This document shows positions 9,801-17,400 of a stretch of 21,927 nt of DNA, piece after piece. The notes below the pieces were generated by a model. That model was not told the origin of the DNA. It searched no databases and was given only the letters and a program-made list of their open reading frames with translations. Position numbers and translations under genes: made by a program. The DNA comes from Chthoniobacteraceae bacterium. GTDB lineage: Bacteria; Verrucomicrobiota; Verrucomicrobiia; Chthoniobacterales; Chthoniobacteraceae. The stretch spans positions 1 through 21,927 of the forward strand of contig JANNWY010000253.1 in assembly GCA_031409335.1 (NCBI GenBank). Direction: 5' to 3'. Position 1 is the first letter of the stretch, and each line of letters begins with the position of its first letter.

Positions 9801-9963
9801 GCACATTGGCAACGGCGCGACCACCCACGCCGACCGCGTGAAGGACGCCATCGGCAACATGTATATGGACACGACGTGCTCGAATTGCGGCTCCAGCAAA
9901 GTCATCCGCGCCGGCGCCTGCGGCTGCTGCACCGAATGCGGCACTTCCCAAGGCTGCTCCTAA
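6832..9963 (+). CDS. nrdJ: Adenosylcobalamin-dependent (class II) ribonucleotide reductase
   Basis: 1043 aa. FNSPVWFN, QGSACFI, GGKTRRAAKM, thiyl-radical TNPCSE, TACNLASLNL, APTGTI and ISKTVN; C-terminal TSCPD-like domain and Cys-rich tail (CSNC...CTECGTSQGCS). Exact start codon uncertain. Confidence 0.96.
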   Translation: MLKLKSNRRTARPTSVESASRRPSKTAKGLKFARVFSNPAIAPFDEIEWELRTAEITDDTGKAIFKQENVEVPKSWSPLATKIAVSKYFYGDVANGSDPYKNGRERSVKQLVHRVTRTITDSGIADGYFADKASAETFYQELTWLCVNQYGAFNSPVWFNVGLWHQYKVGEGRGEGNFYYDRKAGEARRAPTQYEYPQGSACFIQSVDDDMEDIMRLALSEAMLFKYGSGTGSDLSTIRSTREKLSGGGKPSGPLSFLKIYDQVAATVKSGGKTRRAAKMNTLKDWHPDIQEFIEAKTKEEKKAWALIEQGYDGSYNGDAYGSIMYQNENLSVRVSDEFMQAALAGQEWWTKRVTDGQRCEKKDAGTLLRKIAEGTHVCGDPGMQFDTTIHKWHTCKGTGRQNSTNPCSEYLFLDNTACNLASLNLLKFKKADETFDVERFKAAVRIFITAQEIIVDNASYPIKEIAENSHIFRTLGLGYANLGALIMSYGLGYDTDEGRALAGAITAIMTGHAYEQSAKMALAEGAFPGYRDTRCSGVTHTTDTSNESYMLEVIGQHRAAVADIQESDRFGYLKEEAQRCWDGALALGKKHGYRNAQVTVLAPTGTIGFLMDCDTTGIEPDIALVKYKLLAGGGMLKIVNQTVKPALLNLGYDTADIEQIISHIDKFDTIEDVHDEHTGAIIFSGLKPEHLPVFDCAFKPHQGTRSLHYRGHIRMMAAAQPFLSGAISKTVNLPTDATVDDIVNTYVEGWKLGLKAIAIYRDGSKRSAPLATNKKTHSTASSDTAISDFDGVLNEQAALETRIVDLEKELVALRAKVGEPVRRRMPETRVAINHKFEIAGHKGYLTVGMFEDGQPGEIFIQMNKEGSTIGGLMDTVATLTSISLQYGVPLESLVKKFAYQRFEPSGFTKNPDIRNATSITDYVFRWIGCQFIKGYKEATSPNRGQVDLPMKELGEIDRKAINRPVPELERENASVIDVIGHTNGNEGRPHIGNGATTHADRVKDAIGNMYMDTTCSNCGSSKVIRAGACGCCTECGTSQGCS

Positions 9964-10083
9964 AAATCATCCCATGAGCGACAAGACAAAATCCGAACGC
10001 CCCCGCGAAGAAGGCACCGGCCCGGTCCTCGCCGACTAGCGTTCGCGAAAACCTCCCGGCCAATTCGCCCCAACCATGGCGGG

Positions 10084-10126
10084 AAGCAAACCGGCCCGGT
10101 CGCGCCTCTGGCGTCGGCCGGGCCGG
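10084..10126 (-). terminator. Possible intrinsic terminator / strong GC hairpin between convergent genes
   Basis: CCGGCCCGGTCG (10091-10102) pairs with CGGCCGGGCCGG (10115-10126) at 11 of 12 positions. On the minus strand it is followed by TTTGCTT, a weak U tract. Confidence 0.4.
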
Positions 10127-10142
10127 GGAGCTTTCGGGAAAT

Positions 10143-10204
10143 GTGACACGGGCCTTCCTGCCCGTGATCGTTTTCTAAAACACAGGCTGGAAAGCCTGTG
10201 TCAC
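10143..10204. repeat. REP-like inverted doublet (two 24-bp palindromic units)
   Basis: GTGA-CACGGGC-CTTCCT-GCCCGTG (10143-10166). The reverse complement of 10181-10204 is GTGA-CACAGGC-TTTCCA-GCCTGTG. The units are separated by a 14-bp spacer. Confidence 0.75.
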
Positions 10205-10221
10205 CTTGCCGAAAACCCGCG

Positions 10222-10605
10222 TCACTGCTCCACTGCGCGATAGAAACGCCGTAACGGCAGCGGCGCTGGATCGACGAATTGAACTTCGCCCGCGCCGTCG
10301 ACGGTCGCGGTGCCGAGTGTTTGCCGCTGGATCGGGTTGACTGTGAGATCGCCAGTGCATTCCACGCGATGCGTCCGCCCGGCGACGCCGGGCAAGGCAA
10401 GGCGCGACCTCATCCCGACGCTAGGCGCGGGCGCGCGCTGCATTCCGATCGTGCGCGCGGAAACCGGCAGGCAGCCGAGGGCCATGATAATAAGTGCAAA
10501 GACACAGTGGAACGAAAACCACCTTCGCAAAGATCGGGTAAATTGGGGTCCATGGTCACCCTGCCGTATCGGAGCAGAGTGGCTGCGCACGGGATAATGT
10601 TCCAT
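10222..10605 (-). CDS. Small protein or relic: signal-peptide-like segment plus verrucomicrobial-type C-terminal domain (…RRFYRAVEQ)
   Basis: Hydrophobic FSFHCVFALIIMALGCLPVSA, then GVAGRTHRVECTGDL...GEVQFVDPAPLPLRRFYR, which resembles the C-terminus of the 10969-13089 protein. Start uncertain; may be a pseudogene. Confidence 0.5.
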   Translation of the reverse strand: MEHYPVRSHSAPIRQGDHGPQFTRSLRRWFSFHCVFALIIMALGCLPVSARTIGMQRAPAPSVGMRSRLALPGVAGRTHRVECTGDLTVNPIQRQTLGTATVDGAGEVQFVDPAPLPLRRFYRAVEQ

Positions 10606-10625
10606 AGGATCTACTCCGAGAATTG

Positions 10626-10715
10626 CTAAAACATTCCGCGACCCGATCTGGAGTTGGGTGGCTTGCGCACCATGGCGTGGTCATCGACGATCAGGAGTCG
10701 GATATTGGGGCGCAT
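10626..10715 (-). pseudogene. 5' stub of a NarL-type response regulator
   Basis: ATG at 10715 gives MRPNIRLLIVDDHAMVR, the canonical receiver start (compare SKIRVMLVDDHFVVR at 15022). Similarity is lost after about 17 codons and a stop follows at 10626-10628. Confidence 0.7.
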
Positions 10716-10737
10716 CGCAGGAATGGAACCATCAGCC

Positions 10738-10782
10738 GTGCCAATTGGGTATTGCCCGAATGGGTAATTGCCCGATGACGCA
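10738..10782. promoter_or_regulatory. Three tandem imperfect 14-bp palindromes, candidate regulator sites
   Basis: GTGCCAATTGGGTA (10738-10751), TGCCCGAATGGGTA (10753-10766) and TGCCCGATGACGCA (10769-10782), just upstream of the regulator stub. Confidence 0.45.
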
Positions 10783-10968
10783 GAATGGCCGGGCGTCCGG
10801 GGTTTTTCGTTGTTGCGGCGCGCCATGTTGAAGTGGAGCGATCGTGTCGTTGTTGTTCAGATTGGAGATCGACAACGAGGAATTCCCGGCGAGGTAGATC
10901 AAGTCCTGGCTGTCGGCTCCCGAACCTGACGGGACGTTAAGGCGACAAGGCGAGAAACGAAACCCGCG

Positions 10969-13089
10969 CTAATCCCGGCGAACGCGGAAGAAACGCTTTG
11001 GACGGTTAAGTTGCCCCGGGATGGTGACAGACGTGGTGTAGCCGTCGGCAACTGTGGGGCCGGTCACGCGCGTCCAGACTGTTGGGTTCGCCAAGTCGGT
11101 GGTGGCTTCCACGGAATAAGAAGTGCAGGGAATGGAGTTCCAAGTGAGGGTTTCGAAGTCTCCGCTGAGTCCATTTTGAGTGATCCTAAACGGCAGCGCC
11201 GAGCCGCTCCCACCTTCTGCGGTCACCGAGACATCGGAGATCACAAAGCTTCCCGTGGTGGCGGCACCGAACGGCGCATTATTCAGAATCATGAAACCAA
11301 TGCCATCGACCGAATTCATCGGGAGATAGGAGTCGTCCACAACAGGATTACTGGTCCCGGTGACGGTGCCTGCCCCAAGGTCGTTGCCCCAGATGAAGGA
11401 CCAGATAATGCCGGAAGTGACTCGTTGCAGAGTCATTTCAAAGGAATGGGTCGTCGCCGTATCGACCAAGCCGACGCCATTGGGAAGGCCACCGGACCCG
11501 TTGAACGTCCCGCCATTCTGGAATCTCGGCAATGCCCACGCGGCGTTCGTCGCGGGGTCCACCAAAGGGACCCGCACACCGGCTGGATTGATGATGAAGT
11601 CGGCGCGTCCCGTATTTCCAAATTCACCCCAATCGCCATCGACGTATTGCCTGATCAAATTATTGCCGGGGTCCGCAGTCCGGCTTCCGGTGATGCTGAT
11701 ATCTGGACGCAACCTCCAAGTACTGCCCCCGTCGGTCGCCCCGATATCGATCATCGCCAGTACCGCCTGATTGTGCGCGGTATCGGCAAAGCCGAAGCGG
11801 AACTGAGTGTCCCCAGACGCCGGGATATCGTTGAACCTGATCTTAAATTTCAAAGTCGCCTTCTGGCCGACCTTCGAAAGCTGCTGCGGGTTAAATGTCT
11901 GGAATATCCGAGGCCGACCCGGCTGATCAACTCCCGCGTTTCCATCCACATCGAGCGTGTTTTCGCCAATGGCAGCGGTGAATCCAGTGGCCGACTCATT
12001 GGTGAGAGCCAAGATTCCGGGAGCGCCGTTGACGGTTTCATTCAAGTCGTATTGCCCCCAAGTGCTGCTCAGCGCGAGCGGTTGGCTCAGCGCCCGGCCC
12101 ACGGCATTCAGGAACATTTTCTGACCGTCGAGCGTAAGATCCAAGGCTCCTGCTTGTGGATTGGGTGCCGAGGTCGTAGCCCCGGACGCATCGCGGGTGC
12201 CGCAGCCGAAGAAAAGCCGGTAGCCCCCGAGAGGCTCGCCACCCGCAACCTGTGTGGAGCGGACCAATGATCCGGCGGGCCATTCGGCGATGGCGTAGCC
12301 GGTGGCCTGATAGTCAGGGTTGGCGGCGGGTGTCTGGCCGGGGGGAATATTGCCGGCGCCGGGATCCAGCGGATTGAAGTCAATCGTGGCCAGCGCAACG
12401 CCCCCCGGTTCCATGGCATTCACGATATTTTGATCCACTCCGCTGACGAAGAGGCTGAAAAACTGCGTGGAAGTGCCCCGGTTGTTCAGGGGTGACGGCG
12501 GGAGAATGCCGCAGAAGTTGTTCATGATCTCGGTTCCCCCGACGTTCGTGTGGGCGATTCCGCAGAAGATCGGATTGTCCGGGTAAAGCAGACTGAGTTT
12601 TCCACTCGATGTCGTGCTCGTATCCGCGGCGCTATCGTATTCAAAATTAGCCAAAAGCCACCCCATCCGATTATTCCGAATGAGCGTTGATTTGGTGCAG
12701 ATCATCGGCTTGGTGATCAACGTGTTCCATTTCGCCCCTTGGGCGGCCAGATTGAAGGGACCGCTGTTCATCGCCGTGCCGACGATCACGAGGTCGAAGG
12801 TATTGAGCACGGCGACATCATCAATGGACAGGACTCCCCCCTGCGGATTGAATCGGGTAACTTGGTGTCCCGCATTAGTCAGCAGATCGACAAAGCCCTG
12901 ATCCACATAGGGCGCGCCGGCCGAGACCGGCGGATAGTAAGCACCGAGAGTCCGGCCGTCGGAGCCCGTGCCGGTGGTGCCTGAGGAGCCTTCGGCACCG
13001 TTGTCACTGCACCAGACTATTTTTGCAGCATCGGCGGCGAGGCTCATTCCGAGAAGGGACAGGATCGTGACGGCGAGTGGACGTTTCAT
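10969..13089 (-). CDS. Secreted multidomain protein of unknown function with RFFR-ending C-terminal domain
   Basis: Likely start ATG 13089 (MKRPLAVTILSLLGMSLAADA, signal peptide). N-terminal alpha/beta domain (DQGFVDLLTNAGHQV...DLVIVG...WN). The middle domain is paralogous to the neighbouring PEP-CTERM protein. The tail reads LTWNSIPCTSYSVEATTDL...W...KRFFRVRRD. Confidence 0.85.
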   Translation of the reverse strand: MKRPLAVTILSLLGMSLAADAAKIVWCSDNGAEGSSGTTGTGSDGRTLGAYYPPVSAGAPYVDQGFVDLLTNAGHQVTRFNPQGGVLSIDDVAVLNTFDLVIVGTAMNSGPFNLAAQGAKWNTLITKPMICTKSTLIRNNRMGWLLANFEYDSAADTSTTSSGKLSLLYPDNPIFCGIAHTNVGGTEIMNNFCGILPPSPLNNRGTSTQFFSLFVSGVDQNIVNAMEPGGVALATIDFNPLDPGAGNIPPGQTPAANPDYQATGYAIAEWPAGSLVRSTQVAGGEPLGGYRLFFGCGTRDASGATTSAPNPQAGALDLTLDGQKMFLNAVGRALSQPLALSSTWGQYDLNETVNGAPGILALTNESATGFTAAIGENTLDVDGNAGVDQPGRPRIFQTFNPQQLSKVGQKATLKFKIRFNDIPASGDTQFRFGFADTAHNQAVLAMIDIGATDGGSTWRLRPDISITGSRTADPGNNLIRQYVDGDWGEFGNTGRADFIINPAGVRVPLVDPATNAAWALPRFQNGGTFNGSGGLPNGVGLVDTATTHSFEMTLQRVTSGIIWSFIWGNDLGAGTVTGTSNPVVDDSYLPMNSVDGIGFMILNNAPFGAATTGSFVISDVSVTAEGGSGSALPFRITQNGLSGDFETLTWNSIPCTSYSVEATTDLANPTVWTRVTGPTVADGYTTSVTIPGQLNRPKRFFRVRRD

Positions 13090-13150
13090 GATGTGAATCG
13101 GGGTTGTTAGCTGGAGGAGTTTGGGGAGGAGTTCCCCAAACAATGGGTCG

Positions 13151-13197
13151 AAACTAGACGCCGGTGCCGCCCCGTCTAGGTGTCCAAAAGTATAAAA
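13151..13197 (-). promoter_or_regulatory. Putative activator site plus -10 element
   Basis: Minus strand TTTTATACTTTTGGACAC (13197-13180), then 23 nt, then TAGTTT (13156-13151). The site is 16/18 identical to the one at 14317-14334. Confidence 0.65.
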
Positions 13198-13294
13198 GCC
13201 GGCACGTGTGGTGACCTCAAGTGTTCCGATCGATTATGGTCCAAGCGCCTAGCGCCCAAGGTCACGACCGTCAGTGAAGCTTGAACACGCGGTC

Positions 13295-14227
13295 CTACTT
13301 TCTGCGCCTGCGGGCGGCGAATGCGAAAGTACCCAACGATATCAAGCTGGCCGAGGCGGGCTCGGGAACGACGGCAACTCCAGTCACCACCACATCGGAG
13401 ATCGTGAAGCTGCCCGTATTGCCGGCACCGAATGGAGCATCGTTAAAGAGGAGGAACGCGATGCCGTCAACGGAACTCATGACTGCATTCGCTCCGTTGG
13501 CTTGGGTGATCGAGTCATCGAACACCGCCCCAATGGTCACGGTTTCGGGGCCGGCGGCACCGGCGTTATTTCCATACGAAAAATTCCAGCTCAGTCCGCC
13601 AACGACTCTCGACACCGCGAGAGTGTAGAAATGCTCCGTGGTGAGGCTCACCAGCGGATCGCCAATCGCGGTGCCATTCGGAATGACGCCCGAGTTGCCG
13701 CGGGTGCCGCCGGAGTTGAGAAAATGTCCAAAGTTTCCTGCGACATAGGACGCGGACACCGCCGGGTCCGTGATGCTGTTGTCGAACCGCGTGGTGGCTG
13801 CATTGCCGCCGGGAGTGCCCATATCCGTCGAGGCCCAGAGACCCTGATTGTGCGCCGTGTCCGTGAAAGCGAAGCGAAATTGGGAATCTCCCGCCACCAT
13901 CCCGTTGGCGGCGGTAGCTTTGAAGGAGAGTGTCACCGTGTCGCCGAGCGCAGACAGCGCCTGCGGGGCGAAGAGCTGAAAAACGCGCGGGCGACCCGCC
14001 GAATCGACTCCCGCGTTGCCATCGACGTCGAGGAGGTTTTGCCCGATTGCAGCGGTGAAGCCCGAGCTGGACTGCCCGCTCAGCGCGAGGATGCCCGCGT
14101 TTGGCGCGACCGGGTTCGTCTGATTCCAGTCGAACTCGCTCCACGTGCCGCTCAGAGGCACTGTCGCTGCGGTAAGGGAAGTCGTGAGAAAGGCGGCGGT
14201 GAGGAGGAACAACGGTGTAGTTTTCAT
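13295..14227 (-). CDS. PEP-CTERM sorting domain protein
   Basis: Likely start ATG 14227 (MKTTPLFLLTAAFLTTSLTA, signal peptide). Ends VPEPASASLISLGTFAFAARRRRK (PEP motif, TM helix, basic tail). Confidence 0.92.
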   Translation of the reverse strand: MKTTPLFLLTAAFLTTSLTAATVPLSGTWSEFDWNQTNPVAPNAGILALSGQSSSGFTAAIGQNLLDVDGNAGVDSAGRPRVFQLFAPQALSALGDTVTLSFKATAANGMVAGDSQFRFAFTDTAHNQGLWASTDMGTPGGNAATTRFDNSITDPAVSASYVAGNFGHFLNSGGTRGNSGVIPNGTAIGDPLVSLTTEHFYTLAVSRVVGGLSWNFSYGNNAGAAGPETVTIGAVFDDSITQANGANAVMSSVDGIAFLLFNDAPFGAGNTGSFTISDVVVTGVAVVPEPASASLISLGTFAFAARRRRK

Positions 14228-14288
14228 TTTCTTTGTGTGTTTGTCGGGGGGTGAGTGAGGCGCAAAGCGCGGTGGAATCTGCGGGGGG

Positions 14289-14334
14289 ATGGTAGCCAGC
14301 AACGCGAGCTTTTCCAGTATCCGAAAGTATAAAA
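14289..14334 (-). promoter_or_regulatory. Putative activator site plus -10 element
   Basis: Minus strand TTTTATACTTTCGGATAC (14334-14317), then 22 nt, then TACCAT (14294-14289). Confidence 0.65.
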
Positions 14335-14389
14335 ACAGCATTCTTCATGTTCCCGCCGCGACGCCTGCTCCGACCCCTCATTCGTCGCT

Positions 14390-15022
14390 TTAGTCGAGGT
14401 GAATGATGCCGCGCTGAATCGCTGCCGTGGCGGCCTGCGTGCGGTCGGCGGCTCCGAGTTTTTCGAGCAGGTTGCCGACGTGGAATTTGACCGTGACCTC
14501 CGCGAGATCGAGGTCGGCGGCGATCTCTTTGTTGGAACGACCTCGCACGATCCGCTGGAGCACGGCGAGTTCGCGGTCGTTGAGCGCGGGGCGGCGATTG
14601 CGCTCCTCCAGTTTGGCGGCGATCGCGGGCGGGAAACATTTTGCGCCGCCATGCACGGCGCGGATGGCGGCGAGCAGTTCCTTGCGGCTCACGGTCTTTG
14701 GTAGATAGCCGACGACACCGGCCTCGACGGCGCGGTGGATGTCCTCCTCACCCTCCGTGGCAGTCAGGGAAATGATGCGCGCCTCGGGAAACTCGCGCAG
14801 GATCGCTGCGGTCGCTTCCACGCCGCTGATGCCCGGCAGTCGAAAGTCCATGAGCACGAGGTCGGGCCGGCGTTTCCGATATGCCGCAATGGCTTCCTCG
14901 CCGCTGTCGCACTCGGCCACGACGTCGATCTCCGCATCGAGGGTGAGCGCGCCCACCAGTCCGGCGCGGACGACGAAGTGATCATCCACCAGCATCACGC
15001 GAATTTTGGAGGGGTGCTTCAT
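14390..15022 (-). CDS. NarL/FixJ-family DNA-binding response regulator (REC + LuxR HTH)
   Basis: VDDH, phospho-acceptor LMDFRLPG, conserved YLPK lysine, and HTH LNDRELAVL...GRSNKEIA..L.LAEVTVKFHV..LLEKLG..DRTQA. Overlaps the kinase stop by 4 bp. Confidence 0.95.
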   Translation of the reverse strand: MKHPSKIRVMLVDDHFVVRAGLVGALTLDAEIDVVAECDSGEEAIAAYRKRRPDLVLMDFRLPGISGVEATAAILREFPEARIISLTATEGEEDIHRAVEAGVVGYLPKTVSRKELLAAIRAVHGGAKCFPPAIAAKLEERNRRPALNDRELAVLQRIVRGRSNKEIAADLDLAEVTVKFHVGNLLEKLGAADRTQAATAAIQRGIIHLD

Positions 15023-17175
15023 GCCGGTTTCGTTTCGGTTTCAAAGGGAACGCGCACGACGATCTCCGTGCCGCTCCCCGGCGCAGTGCGCAAGTCCAGA
15101 GTCCCACCGATGCGCTGAGCGCGCTCGTTCATCCCGAGCAGGCCGAAGTGTCCGGCGGAAAGTTTCATCGCCGTCGCGCTATCGAAGCCGCGGCCATCGT
15201 CGTGAATGCGCACGGTCAGCGCGTCGCCCGCGAACTCAACTCCCGCCACGATTCGCCGAGCACCGCCGTGTTTCACCGCGTTCGTCACCGCTTCCGTCAC
15301 GATGCGCAGCAGATGCACCTCGACGGCTCCCGGCATCCGTCGCGCGGTGCCCGCGACTTCCACCGAAATCTCCGGCCCGCCAGGACTCGACAGCGGACCG
15401 AGCGTTTCGCGCAGCGCCGTTTCCAAATCGCGCTGCTCGAATTCCGGCACGCGCAAATCCCAGATGGAACGCCGCACTTCCGCGCGCGTGTGCTTCAGCA
15501 GCGCCTGCCCCGTGTGCAGCGCACGCTGCGCGGTGGCGGGCGAGTCAGGCAGTGTGTCCCCGGCGGCTTCGAGTTGGAGCGAAAGGCCCATCAGTTCCTG
15601 CTCCACGGTGTCGTGCAATTCGCGAGCCATCCGCGTGCGCTCCTGCAGCAGCGTCTCGCGTGAAAGTTGATCGCGAATGATGGCCGTCTGCGCCTGCACC
15701 TTCCGCCGCAGCGCCAAGCTCCACGCCAGCGCAGCGACCGCAACGAGCAGGATCACGCCGAGAGCGACGAGCGCGCGCTGCACCGTCCACCAAGGCGCAG
15801 CTTGGATCACCGCGAGGTCGTTCCCATCGCGCAGCAGCAGATCGAGCCGGGTCGGTGTGCTGAATTCCGCCACGAGATCGCTCGGCGCATAGCGCAAAAT
15901 GGCCACGCCGTTTGCACGCACCATCGTCCCCGGAGGCGGTCCTTCGAGCGTGCCGCCGGTGAGACTTGCCGTCGTCTCGGTCCCATCGCAATCCAGCACG
16001 AGACGCAGCGGACCACCCGGCACGCTGCTCTGCGCGCTAAGCACGCGACCCGTAACCGCGACGAGCAGCCCGTCGTATTCCGGCACGGTGAACGGCTCAC
16101 CGCTTTTTTTCGGAGCCACCGCGCCCTGCACTTCCGCCAGAGTCGTCGGCACCGGCTCGATCGGCGCACCCGCGGCAGTCTTGCGAAAAAGCGCGCCGCT
16201 CAAACCCGCGACCGTGCCGGTGATATCGATAAAACCCGTGACTTCGACACGATCGCCGACTTGCAAAGGCGCGGAACTACTCGTCCCCACGCGCACTGCG
16301 CGCCCGCCGTCTTGCACATAAAGCAGCGCGCCGGGTTCGTAATAAGTCACGTTCCCCTCGATCCTGCGCCGATGCAGCAGCCGGCCTGTCGCGGAAAATC
16401 CCGCGAGCCTTTTCACGGACACTTTTTCCGCCGCAAACGGATCGGGCGGCGGCGGTCGCGTGACGACCACATTTTCCGTCCGGCTGATCCGCAAGCGGGG
16501 ACGCGCAAAATCCCTGCGCCAATTGAAAACCGAAGCCGCCAGCCCTTCCACCTGCACCTCCGCATCCACCAGCGCCGAAGGGTTCAGCACCACGCCATCC
16601 ATCGCCTCGACAAACAAATGCCCCACCGGCGTCTCCACGCGCATCCACCACCGCAAGTTGAAAAGTTCACACCGCTGCACCACGCCGCTCACGATCACGC
16701 GCTGCGCGATTTCCGCGCCGCTCATCAGCCGGTCCAACGCGACCACGCGAGCCTGCGGCAACGGCTTTTCGCCAAGCACGCGCACTGAGCGCGGCAGGAT
16801 ATTCGGCGCGAGCCCGCCCTGCGCCAGCGCGCCCTCGATTTCGACCTCCGTGCCCTCGCGCAGCGCCGCGATCGCCGTTTCCTCACCTGCCCAAATCCCA
16901 TCCCGGCGCGCCCGTTCCAAATCCACCCAAATGCCCGTCGCCTCCTCCTGCACCGTGAAATTTGTCACCGCCGGACGCCCCGGAGCCGGATGCGAAATCA
17001 CAAACGTCACCACCGCCCGCACCCGCACCGCCGGACGCTGCGCCACCGCCTCCGGCGAAAGCGCCCGCACTTCCGCCACACGCGCGCGCGGCAGCTCCTG
17101 CGCACGCGTCACCGTAAGCGTGATGAACAAACACAGCAGCAAACTCGCAAACAAAGTAGGGCGCTGGGAGAGCAT
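15019..17175 (-). CDS. Membrane sensor histidine kinase (HisKA_3 type) with large extracytoplasmic domain
   Basis: Likely start ATG 17175 (MLSQRPTLFASLLLCLFITLTVTRA; the ORF is open to 17322). Repeated beta-rich modules, TM helix after APWWT, H-box ERTRMARELHDT, N-box EAVTNAVKHG, DDGRGF and HFGLLGMNERA. Confidence 0.93.
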   Translation of the reverse strand: MLSQRPTLFASLLLCLFITLTVTRAQELPRARVAEVRALSPEAVAQRPAVRVRAVVTFVISHPAPGRPAVTNFTVQEEATGIWVDLERARRDGIWAGEETAIAALREGTEVEIEGALAQGGLAPNILPRSVRVLGEKPLPQARVVALDRLMSGAEIAQRVIVSGVVQRCELFNLRWWMRVETPVGHLFVEAMDGVVLNPSALVDAEVQVEGLAASVFNWRRDFARPRLRISRTENVVVTRPPPPDPFAAEKVSVKRLAGFSATGRLLHRRRIEGNVTYYEPGALLYVQDGGRAVRVGTSSSAPLQVGDRVEVTGFIDITGTVAGLSGALFRKTAAGAPIEPVPTTLAEVQGAVAPKKSGEPFTVPEYDGLLVAVTGRVLSAQSSVPGGPLRLVLDCDGTETTASLTGGTLEGPPPGTMVRANGVAILRYAPSDLVAEFSTPTRLDLLLRDGNDLAVIQAAPWWTVQRALVALGVILLVAVAALAWSLALRRKVQAQTAIIRDQLSRETLLQERTRMARELHDTVEQELMGLSLQLEAAGDTLPDSPATAQRALHTGQALLKHTRAEVRRSIWDLRVPEFEQRDLETALRETLGPLSSPGGPEISVEVAGTARRMPGAVEVHLLRIVTEAVTNAVKHGGARRIVAGVEFAGDALTVRIHDDGRGFDSATAMKLSAGHFGLLGMNERAQRIGGTLDLRTAPGSGTEIVVRVPFETETKPA

Positions 17176-17400
17176 TGAGCCCGACGATGGCAGGGATGGA
17201 ACACGAGAACGATCCTTCTGCAGTTGGGAGAGAGAAGAGAGAACGGGTCGGTAGAACATCACTTTTTCCAGTCCGAGCGCCGCAGGAACGGGGCTGCGCA
17301 GCGTGAGGTTTTGGCGGTCCACTTTGTTGGGTCAAGATGTGAGGAATAGGCTGTGCGTTCACCTTGAGCATTCCGATCGCCCGAGCTGTTGACTGACAGT

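Noticed and set aside
13154..13179. Inverted repeat CTAGACG-N12-CGTCTAG over the predicted -35/-10 region
   Set aside because: Not present in the paralogous promoter and has no U tract. It may be a second operator but cannot be supported from one instance.
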